A DNA stretch of 64,000 bases from Haloferula rosea (lineage in GTDB: Bacteria > Verrucomicrobiota > Verrucomicrobiia > Verrucomicrobiales > Akkermansiaceae): contig NZ_JAENII010000011.1 in assembly GCF_016595525.1 (NCBI RefSeq), positions 101,450-165,449 of the forward strand. Direction: 5' to 3'. This document shows positions 56,949-64,000 of this stretch, piece by piece. Position 1 is the first letter of the stretch. Each line of letters starts with the position of its first letter. The translations under genes and the position numbers were made by a program. Under the pieces are notes generated by a model. It was not told where the DNA came from. It did no database searches and worked only from the letters and a program-made list of their open reading frames with translations.

Positions 56949-58391
56949 TCAGCCCTTCACATCGAAGCAGAACAACAGGTCCTGATCCCTCAGATACATG
57001 CGCCCACCGATCACCACCGGGTGAGCCCAGACCTTCCCCTGCGTCCCGTCCCGGAGCTTCGTCTTCCCGGGCATCGGGAAGCGACCCTTCTCACGGAATC
57101 CATCGGGAGTCGCTTCGACGAGGAAGACCGAGCCCTCCTCTTCATCCACGCAGTAGAGCATGCCGTCGGCATAATGGACCGCCCCCTTCTGGATGCCCTC
57201 GCCTTTCTCACTCCACACCCGCTCACCGGATTTCAGCTCCTGACAGGTCAGCCCGCCTCCATCGGAAAACCCATAGATGTGACCCTCGTCGAGCACCACA
57301 CCACCATGGTGGTTCTTCATCACCTTGTTGTCCCAGAGCACCTCCGCCTCGGCCCCATCGATCTTCACCAGCTGACTCCCCGAGCCATAGCCCGCCGTCA
57401 TGTAAACCATGCCATCGTGAGGGATCGGAGTCGGGATCACCGCCGTCCGTCCTGCGGCCCATGGCGCCGACCAGAGCAACTTGCCGTCCTCCGCCGACAC
57501 CCCGACGAGCTTCTTCATGAACAACTGCACATACTGACGCTTGCCATTCACCTCGGCCACCGTCACCGAGGAATACTGGGCATCATCCGTCACCTCCTTG
57601 CTGCGCCAGATCTCCTTCCCCGTCTTCTTGTCCAAGGCGACGATCGCCCCCTGGTCACCACCCGGCGTGACGATCAGCTTCTCTCCATCGACAAGAGGCG
57701 ACTCGGAAAAACCCCAGCTCGGCTCGGCACCGCCGAAGTCGTCGACCAGACTCTTGCTCCACTGCTTCGATCCATCCTCGGCACTCACGCACACCAGTTC
57801 ACCATTCGCATTCATCGCGTAGGCCAGCCCATCGTCGATCGTCACCGCACCGCGAGGTCCACCACCCCAGCCGGTGTTGTATCCCTTCCCCTTGTCAGGG
57901 CCGATCGGCGAACTCCACAACTCCTTCCCGTTGGCCGCATCGAGACAGATGATCTCGGCCGCGCCATCGCGGGTCCCGGTGAAAAACAGTTTGCCGCCGA
58001 CCAGACTCACACAGCTGTAGCCAGTCCCACCGTCCTTGAAAGTCCACAGCAATTCAGGCCCATCCTTCGGCCACTCCTTCAACAAGCCCGTGTCCGGCGA
58101 GCGGTTGTCCCGCTTCGGCCCACGCCAGCCCGGCCACTCGCCCGCCACCGCCGCGGGTGCCGCCACCTTCGCCGTTTCGAGGAAAGCCTGATCCTCCTTC
58201 GACAGCCGGCTGATCGCCACCTTCGCGACCTTGCCGGACTTCAGCTTCAGTTGGACCTCCCCCTCACCAACCCCCACCAGTTCCGCATCAATCGTCCGCC
58301 CCGTCTCCGCATCGGTCCACGTTCGGGCATCGGCGGATGAAAGGGTCACCCCGAGGAGGCACAGCGATAAAAAAGCAGCGGTCGGTTTCAT
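56949..58391 (-). CDS. Secreted PQQ-like beta-propeller repeat protein with N-terminal SH3-like (SHD1-type) domain
   Basis: The track ORF was trimmed to MKPTAAFLSLCLLGVTLSSADA (signal peptide). TWTDAETGRTIDAELVGVGEGEVQLKLKSGKVAKVAISRLSKEDQAFL is an SH3-like module. It is followed by repeated ...G.L..D...G...W blades (ELWSSPIG, KQWSKSL, KEIWRSKE, KLLWSAPW, EVLWDNKV, ERVWSEKG). Confidence 0.7.
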   Translation of the reverse strand: MKPTAAFLSLCLLGVTLSSADARTWTDAETGRTIDAELVGVGEGEVQLKLKSGKVAKVAISRLSKEDQAFLETAKVAAPAAVAGEWPGWRGPKRDNRSPDTGLLKEWPKDGPELLWTFKDGGTGYSCVSLVGGKLFFTGTRDGAAEIICLDAANGKELWSSPIGPDKGKGYNTGWGGGPRGAVTIDDGLAYAMNANGELVCVSAEDGSKQWSKSLVDDFGGAEPSWGFSESPLVDGEKLIVTPGGDQGAIVALDKKTGKEIWRSKEVTDDAQYSSVTVAEVNGKRQYVQLFMKKLVGVSAEDGKLLWSAPWAAGRTAVIPTPIPHDGMVYMTAGYGSGSQLVKIDGAEAEVLWDNKVMKNHHGGVVLDEGHIYGFSDGGGLTCQELKSGERVWSEKGEGIQKGAVHYADGMLYCVDEEEGSVFLVEATPDGFREKGRFPMPGKTKLRDGTQGKVWAHPVVIGGRMYLRDQDLLFCFDVKG

Positions 58392-58502
58392 GGCACAATG
58401 AGTTGGCGAAGCGTAGCCAACCATGTCCCTACGCCAGCATCGCGAAAGGTTTAACGAAAAAGCGCCACAAAACGCTCAGGTCACCCCACCGGAAACCCGG
58501 GA

Positions 58503-59840
58503 TCAGCGCAGGTTGTTGATCGCATCGTCGCAGGTCTCATCGATCTCGTCGCGCAACAGCACCACCTGCTGCGCCATCTCACGGTGGAACCATACAAACC
58601 TCTCCGGCTTGAAGTCCCGCATCTGCTGCTTGGACGATGTCCTCAGACCCGAGAAAAACGACGCGATCTTCTTCTTTCGGTCCGACTCACTCACGCCCGT
58701 GCTGCTCCGGCTCCGCTTCTCGAACCACTCCTGCAGCACACGGATCTCCTTCACCACCCGGTGGTCCTCATACTCGCGCAGCTCCCCACTGTCCCACTCC
58801 TCCGGCTGCAGCGCCAGAATCATCAGGTTGTTCAGATCCGTCAGCTCCTTGATCTGCTGACCTTCCTTGAGGAAACTCCCGATCGGCACTTCGTCCCAGT
58901 CCCATCGACGGTCGACCCGGCAGCCAAACCTCCGAATCTCGGAAAATCGCGTCTCCTTCGCCCACTGATCCTTCCGCGCCGCCACCAGATGCGTCACGAC
59001 CCCCAGCACCTCATGGGTCACTCCGTCGATGATCGGCCCTCCACTGTTTCCCTGGATCACATCCGCATCGATCTCGATCGACTCCGCCCCGACCCCCTGG
59101 ATCTTGCCTTCCAGGAAGCCCACCGTGCCGCCACCCCCGGAATTCCCCGCAGCGAAGACCGGCATCTCCTGCTTCGATTGGCCACCCGCATCCCCGAGCT
59201 GCAGCGGACCCGCAAACTCCTCCAGCACCTCGATCCGAACCAGATCCGCCCCACCGGATGCCTCGAACTTCCCGAACTTCGTGATCCTCCGGCCGCTCTG
59301 GAGCTTCACCGCCAACTTCTGGTTGCCCGAAAGTACGTGAGCCGCCGTATAAAGATAAAGCTTCCCTCCCGACTCGGCGAGGAACCCCGTCCCCACACCC
59401 GCGTCACCCTCGATCACCACGATCGCCTGAGCCACCTTGTCGCCCGGCTGCACCACCCTCCCCTTGCTCGCATCCACCGAGGTGATCTTCAACCTGCTGG
59501 ACGGCACCAGCACCGACCACGCCTCCGGCCCCTCCTCCACATCCAGCATCGTCACCCGGTCCAGACCCTCATCGGAATAGCCGATCTCCACCGTCCGGCC
59601 ACTCGCCCCCTTCACCACCGCATCCTTGAAAACCTTTCCCGTCTTCGTTTCCAGCGCGTCATAGCGCCGCCCGATCAAGCCCTCGAGGGCGAAGACCCGC
59701 AGCGCCTCATGCGACTTCGCCAGCTCCTCGATCGCCACCTCCGCCTCGCTCAAACTCATCGACCCCACCTCCTCGGAAAACGCCGCCACACACAGCGAAA
59801 CACTCGCCACTCCAATCCATCCGATACCCCTGATCATCAT
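58503..59840 (-). CDS. Trypsin-like serine protease (S1 family) with C-terminal extension
   Basis: The track ORF was trimmed to MMIRGIGWIGVASVSLCVAAFS (signal peptide). The catalytic His is in LYTAAHVL and the catalytic Ser in GNSGGPII. Confidence 0.65.
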   Translation of the reverse strand: MMIRGIGWIGVASVSLCVAAFSEEVGSMSLSEAEVAIEELAKSHEALRVFALEGLIGRRYDALETKTGKVFKDAVVKGASGRTVEIGYSDEGLDRVTMLDVEEGPEAWSVLVPSSRLKITSVDASKGRVVQPGDKVAQAIVVIEGDAGVGTGFLAESGGKLYLYTAAHVLSGNQKLAVKLQSGRRITKFGKFEASGGADLVRIEVLEEFAGPLQLGDAGGQSKQEMPVFAAGNSGGGGTVGFLEGKIQGVGAESIEIDADVIQGNSGGPIIDGVTHEVLGVVTHLVAARKDQWAKETRFSEIRRFGCRVDRRWDWDEVPIGSFLKEGQQIKELTDLNNLMILALQPEEWDSGELREYEDHRVVKEIRVLQEWFEKRSRSSTGVSESDRKKKIASFFSGLRTSSKQQMRDFKPERFVWFHREMAQQVVLLRDEIDETCDDAINNLR

Positions 59841-59971
59841 CGAAGAATCCTCAGCAGAACCCGCACCATCAAGCTCAAAACAATACCACAAGTGACACAC
59901 GCAGGTCTCTTATCCAAACCTCCCGCCACATCACACGGAGATACCGCCGACTCCCCGGAGCAAAATCCGGC

Positions 59972-60220
59972 CTACTCCTTCCCAAGCTCGCGCGCGACGG
60001 CAAAGAAGAACAAAGCGATCAGGAAGAAGATCACCGAGAAGCCCGAAACCTGCTGGGGCCCGAACAGGCTCGTGACCTGATTGATCCCCCACGGCCCCGT
60101 GCCACCCGCAAGCGCGATCCCAACCGGCTTCACGATCAGCATGATGCCGAAACCCACGAAGACGAGCCCCGCAGAGCCGAACGCCAACACACCGCCCCGA
60201 TACTTCCCCCGAAATCTCAT
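59972..60220 (-). CDS. Small membrane protein (two TM helices), hypothetical
   Basis: MRFRGKYRGGVLAFGSAGLVFVGFGIMLIVKPV... and ...FSVIFFLIALFFFAVAREL. The start was chosen at the internal Met. Coding status is uncertain. Confidence 0.3.
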   Translation of the reverse strand: MRFRGKYRGGVLAFGSAGLVFVGFGIMLIVKPVGIALAGGTGPWGINQVTSLFGPQQVSGFSVIFFLIALFFFAVARELGKE

Positions 60221-60308
60221 ACTCTCCCTGATCCAGACTTCAAACTCCCGTCCCGACGGACCCGGAATGTCCAACCCATGCCATTCCTCCCGCAGCTCGA
60301 TGCCCCAC

Positions 60309-61346
60309 TCACTTCACACTCTTCTCGATCTTCCGGTCACGAATCCCCGCCAAGATCGCATCTCCACTGGATAGGCTGGGATCCACTTCCACCCCGAGCT
60401 CCGCAGGCGACTTGCCGACCCATTCACTGCGGCGTCCCGTCACCTGGATCGTCAGGCATTCCGGGTCGATGACCAGGGTAGCAAACACGCAGTCACGATA
60501 CGGACAGGTGTAAGAAATCGACGGGTGCTTGGCGTGAATGGCTTCGGGATAACTCTCGTGCTGGTACTTGCCACCCACCCACAGATACGAAGCAGAGTTC
60601 ACATGCAAATAGCTCACTCCGTGGATCCGCACCACCTCGTCCACATGCGAATGCCCGTTGACCGCCAGAATCACCCGGTCCGACGCCTTCCCCAGCAGCT
60701 CCTGAATCTCCTCCGCATTGTCCACCGCCGCATAGCCCGCGAGCGGCTGGTGGGAGACGACGATGATCGGCCCCTTCAGCGTTCCCAATTTCTCCTTCAA
60801 CCACCCGACCTGCTCCTTTCCGAGGTACGACACATACCCACCCTTGTAGCTTGGTGAGCCCTTCTCGTTTCCATCGAGAACGATCAAGTCGATCCCTTCG
60901 ATGTTCCGATGGTAGTAGCGCGCCGGCATGCCCCACTCCGTGAGGCACGCCTGCTTCGTATGCCCGCGGTCCGTGTCGTGATTCCCCAGTACATGCAGCG
61001 AATGCTCATGGATGCCGTTGAACCATTGGATCACGTCGCGGTTCTCATCATTGGGATACGCGAAATCCCCAAGCTGCATGACCGCATCCGGCCCGAAGTT
61101 TTCCATCTCCTTGGCGAAGACCTCCATTCGTTCCCGACCATCGTGCATCACATCATGGTGAAGATCAGCAATCACCCCGATCTTCACCGCCTTCTTCAGC
61201 CGACCCACCTCGGACTTCGCCGCACATGGCAGCGCAAAGGAAGCGGTCGCGACAGACCCACGAATAAGAAAGTCGCGGCGCGTCTGCCCGACTCCAGACG
61301 GCTCAAGTGAGGCCGCTCGGGTGGATTCGGAGGGATTCATGCTCAT
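60309..61346 (-). CDS. Tat-secreted metallophosphoesterase (calcineurin-like phosphoesterase)
   Basis: Twin-arginine signal TRRDFLIRGSVATASFALPCAA. Metallophosphatase motifs are GVIADLHHD, GDFAY, GNHD, ...VSHQP..., and GHSH. Confidence 0.75.
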   Translation of the reverse strand: MSMNPSESTRAASLEPSGVGQTRRDFLIRGSVATASFALPCAAKSEVGRLKKAVKIGVIADLHHDVMHDGRERMEVFAKEMENFGPDAVMQLGDFAYPNDENRDVIQWFNGIHEHSLHVLGNHDTDRGHTKQACLTEWGMPARYYHRNIEGIDLIVLDGNEKGSPSYKGGYVSYLGKEQVGWLKEKLGTLKGPIIVVSHQPLAGYAAVDNAEEIQELLGKASDRVILAVNGHSHVDEVVRIHGVSYLHVNSASYLWVGGKYQHESYPEAIHAKHPSISYTCPYRDCVFATLVIDPECLTIQVTGRRSEWVGKSPAELGVEVDPSLSSGDAILAGIRDRKIEKSVK

Positions 61347-61416
61347 GCGGTTTGAGGAGGGATGCTGGATGGGTCGTCAGAGCTCTGCACCGCGGATACC
61401 GATGCGCTCCACCCAC

Positions 61417-61950
61417 TTACCCGTCCGGTCGACCACGCCTTTCAGTCGTGGAATTGAGGGCATCATCAGAAGTGCCATCGAACCGAGCCAAGCAGCATGC
61501 TTCCCTGAAAGCCTCGAGAGACTCAGGCTGCTCTTCGGAAGAGAGGACCATCATTCCCACACAGAAATGGTAGTCCGAGAAATACCAATGCCCATCCGAT
61601 GCCTTCGCGATGAAAATGTCATGCACCTTCGGATCCACCTTGTGGGTTTGGGCCCGATAAACCAACCACGCGCCATCCCTGAAAACCATGGTGTCGGAAG
61701 TCAACCAATTCGGATCCGACATCGCGAACTCACCCAGCGACTGGGGAACCCGTCCAAACCGCTCGATAGGAAAATCGGGATTCTCAAGGTCTTTGCGGAT
61801 TTGCTCAATGGCACTGTCCTTCCACGCCCGGCGCTCCTTGGTGCGATGGATGCCGTCCCTCCTCGTCGCAACGACAACCGCTCCTGCCAGTACGAAAAAG
61901 GCAAGGATCGCTGCCATACTTGCTATGCGTGATTTCAGGGTTCGACTCAT
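61417..61950 (-). CDS. Hypothetical membrane-anchored protein
   Basis: The N-terminal anchor is IASMAAILAFFVLAGAVVVATRRD. The soluble domain has ...GHWYFSDYHFCVGMM... No family was recognised. Confidence 0.35.
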   Translation of the reverse strand: MSRTLKSRIASMAAILAFFVLAGAVVVATRRDGIHRTKERRAWKDSAIEQIRKDLENPDFPIERFGRVPQSLGEFAMSDPNWLTSDTMVFRDGAWLVYRAQTHKVDPKVHDIFIAKASDGHWYFSDYHFCVGMMVLSSEEQPESLEAFREACCLARFDGTSDDALNSTTERRGRPDG

Positions 61951-62057
61951 ACTTGGCGCGCGTTACACCGGAAAGCCGACGCGGCAAGCCGGCCCACAGC
62001 TACAAAAATCAATCAACAGACCGAAGAATTCACAAGGTGCCTTCTAGCATCACCCCT

Positions 62058-62540
62058 TCACCCCGGATCAGGCAACGCAGCATCCTGGTCACCTTCCGAT
62101 ATCTGAGCTAGAAAACCCTCCATGCATCTCTCAATCCGCTCGAAGCATTCTTGAAATGCCGCCTTGGGTTGATGGATCGGATCCGCGATCTCCAACTCCA
62201 GATCCATCTCGTCGTAAGCTCCGAGCAATTGCACCTTCTGCTCATCGACTCCGTACGTCGACACCAGGACATCCCGATGGCGAATTTCCATCGCAAGAAA
62301 GCGGTCGATGCCATCCAAGTCGAGACGCCCCACGAAAAGCGACTCCATCTTCGAAATGGAGGTGCCGTTCCTGAGGCAGGTGATCCAGGCATTGTCTGCT
62401 GGCGGAGTCCCGGTGAAATCAAGGATACCGGCGGATGTCACTTCGAGGTCAAGGTGACGCTCCCGGGCCATCCTTTCGAGGATCGCATGGGCCATCACGC
62501 TCCGACAAACGTTGGCCGTACAGATGAAAGCAATGCGCAT
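62058..62540 (-). CDS. Low-molecular-weight protein-tyrosine phosphatase / arsenate-reductase-fold protein
   Basis: The track ORF was trimmed to MRIAFICTANVCRSVMAHAILERMAR (P-loop C-x5-R-S; ATG at 62540, confirmed). The catalytic Asp region is ...EIADPIHQ... near the C-terminus. Confidence 0.8.
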   Translation of the reverse strand: MRIAFICTANVCRSVMAHAILERMARERHLDLEVTSAGILDFTGTPPADNAWITCLRNGTSISKMESLFVGRLDLDGIDRFLAMEIRHRDVLVSTYGVDEQKVQLLGAYDEMDLELEIADPIHQPKAAFQECFERIERCMEGFLAQISEGDQDAALPDPG

Positions 62541-62831
62541 GTTTCCTAGCCGACAAGAAATTCGGGAAACCCGACGCTTCCATCGCGCCGAATCCAACGA
62601 CATAAAAACAGATCGAAAGGCCATCGGCAAGCGTCAACAATTTTTCTGTTAGGTCATCTCTCTTCCGACTTGCCCATCATGATTCTCTTGGGCCAGAGAG
62701 GAAAAAAGCGCACCCGCGGAGCTCACCACGAACCTCAAGGACACTGGCTTATCCACATGAAACGAGCAACCGGTCAGGAGAACACGCCCAATGCTGCATC
62801 ACGCTTTCAAGGCAGGCGTTCACACCCCTGG

Positions 62832-63167
62832 TCAGTGTGCGCGACGCCTGCGCAACGCAGTTGCACCCGCAAACGCCAGTAATACCACCGCACTCGGCTC
62901 AGGAACTTGCACCGCTGAACCGAAGACATCGATCTTACGGGAGACGTCAGTAATCATGGTGGCGCTACGATGCGGGTATCGTCCAAGCGCACCGGTGTTG
63001 TCTGTGTAGCCGGTAGATTCCAGGAATGCTTGGAAGATCGAATCGACCCGTCTGAGGTGCTCGCCCAAACGCCCATATGCTTCTGGAGAGTCCAGTGCCA
63101 TTCTTCTAGCCAACGTAAAAGCTGTGGCGACCCCGGTAACCGCACCAGAGAGGCCGGGAACAATCAA
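62832..63167 (-). CDS. Small PEP-CTERM sorting-domain protein (111 aa)
   Basis: The C-terminus ...FGSAVQVPEPSAVVLLAFAGATALRRRRAH is the canonical PEP-CTERM tail (VPEP, a hydrophobic helix, then an Arg cluster). The N-terminus MIVPGLSGAVTGVATAFTLA is signal-peptide-like. Confidence 0.6.
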   Translation of the reverse strand: MIVPGLSGAVTGVATAFTLARRMALDSPEAYGRLGEHLRRVDSIFQAFLESTGYTDNTGALGRYPHRSATMITDVSRKIDVFGSAVQVPEPSAVVLLAFAGATALRRRRAH

Positions 63168-63240
63168 TCAGGTCCCGAAGCTGGCGGCAAGAATTCAACA
63201 AAGCCGCTGATAGGGATCGTCCACCAGCGTCTTGTTCGCG

Positions 63241-63666
63241 TTACTCGTTCCCGATGGTCGGCGGTGCCCTGAATACGACCAGGTCATCTCCATTGCCGGG
63301 ATGATCCGAGAAGACTTGGTCCTCTCCGGCTGACCAAACCAGAACCCCTGCACTGCTGGTGAATATTCTGTAGCGGATTCCCCAAGCGTCCATGCCCCAT
63401 GATCTGTCCCCTTGCTGCTGGGTATAGAGATACTCGATTCCCCTCGGGTTCCCTCCAAGAAGCGCTTCGAAAAGGGAATCGTAGTCTTGGGGTGGCAATG
63501 ATCCAAACTCGTCCGAATAAGACTCGATACCACGCGCGATCTGGCTCATCCGACTGTGGGTCCAATCCCCGACGCTACGGGGGAGCGAACCCGTCATCCA
63601 AGTCAGCCAAGCTAGCAACAATCCGCCTGACAGAATGCCGATAGCGATACCTACTTTGCGGTTCAT
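63241..63666 (-). CDS. Membrane-anchored protein with T2SS GspG-like C-terminal domain (no canonical prepilin leader)
   Basis: MNRKVGIAIGILSGGLLLAWL is the anchor. The C-terminal ...YRIFTSSAGVLVWSAGEDQVFSDHPGNGDDLVVF resembles the pseudopilin GspG C-terminal S-x-G-x-D-G/D-D-I region. Confidence 0.4.
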   Translation of the reverse strand: MNRKVGIAIGILSGGLLLAWLTWMTGSLPRSVGDWTHSRMSQIARGIESYSDEFGSLPPQDYDSLFEALLGGNPRGIEYLYTQQQGDRSWGMDAWGIRYRIFTSSAGVLVWSAGEDQVFSDHPGNGDDLVVFRAPPTIGNE

Positions 63667-63751
63667 AAGGCGCTAGATCCATTCCATCGCGAGACCCTAT
63701 GGCTGCCGGTTGATCTGGGCGCAGCATTTCGGGCCGATTTCAGGTTGGTAA

Positions 63752-64000
63752 GAGAGGTGGTGGGTCTGGTTCAACTCGTGGGCTACCCCGACAGGTCGGG
63801 GCCTTTCCACATTCAATGCATTACGAACAACGAAAACAAACTCAGACACACCGCAGAAACTCTATCTTGGACTCGACATCGATAAAGCACAAACCACCGT
63901 CGCCGTCGCCGATCCCGGCGCCGGAGGGGAGGTCCGCCACTACAGTTCGGTCGCGACCACCCACACCACCTTCGAGCGGGTGGTGCGGCGAATCGCCAAA
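63752..64000 (+). mobile_element. IS110-family transposase, N-terminal fragment running off the 3' window edge
   Basis: The frame-2 translation ...QKLYLGLDIDKAQTTVAVADPGAGGEVRHYSSVATTHTTFERVVRRIAK matches the IS110/DEDD-transposase N-terminus (x-L-Y-hGhDhuK...h-A-h......F.N...G...L...h). The frame is open from the stop at 63749-63751. No in-frame ATG, GTG or TTG lies upstream of the motif, so the start codon is unresolved. Confidence 0.5.

Overview
This is a 64-kb, high-GC (about 60%), densely coding bacterial chromosomal window. Almost all genes are on the minus strand, with a co-directional run from about 51.5 kb down to 29.5 kb. The gene content (prepilin-type N-terminal methylation protein, PEP-CTERM sorting tail, Vibrio-type TonB2 cluster, GxxExxY protein, many Tat/signal-peptide proteins) suggests a Verrucomicrobiota/PVC-like Gram-negative. 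This is inferred from composition only; no search was run.

Main blocks, 5' to 3':
- **1-3.9 kb:** a glycosyltransferase operon (GT2, GT4, flippase-like membrane protein, HlyD-like adaptor).
- **4.2-13.2 kb:** a NodT outer-membrane factor convergent on a nitric-oxide-sensing phosphorelay (sigma-54 response regulator, H-NOX, hybrid histidine kinase), with an orphan Hpt gene about 2.7 kb away.
- **10.3-12.7 kb:** a large secreted repeat protein.
- **13.7-27.3 kb:** a TonB2-type energizer operon (DUF3450, long ExbB-like TtpC, ExbB, ExbD, TonB, TPR, porin-like). Upstream of it lie an internally duplicated beta-helix surface protein and a large TonB-dependent receptor.
- **27.5-29.4 kb:** orphan glnB with a clear intrinsic terminator, then a radical-SAM enzyme.
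- **29.5-35.3 kb:** a 1711-aa AAA+ (AAA_5-like) giant protein followed by a DEDDy exonuclease.
- **35.3-41.4 kb:** a low-GC GxxExxY cassette flanked by inverted repeats, then flotillin/YqiJ, an FtsX-like permease and rlmI.
- **41.6-51.5 kb:** the most unusual unit, a translationally coupled KptA-macro-ARH-ARH-SPFH-PncA(fusion) operon. It sits under a Nudix-related NrtR regulator with xGTGT-N7-ACACT palindromes, next to nudix-nadE-pncB.
- **51.8-56.0 kb:** a GalU-like gene plus a UDPGP-like giant gene.
- **56.0-63.7 kb:** secreted protease and phosphatase genes, a PEP-CTERM mini-protein and a GspG-like gene.
- **63.75-64.0 kb:** the start of an IS110-family transposase at the 3' edge.

No rRNA, tRNA or CRISPR arrays were seen. 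Coordinates read by hand from the printed sequence (terminators, palindromes, repeats) may be off by 1-2 nt; CDS coordinates follow the supplied ORF track, with starts re-chosen where an internal Met plus a signal peptide or conserved N-terminus was evident.
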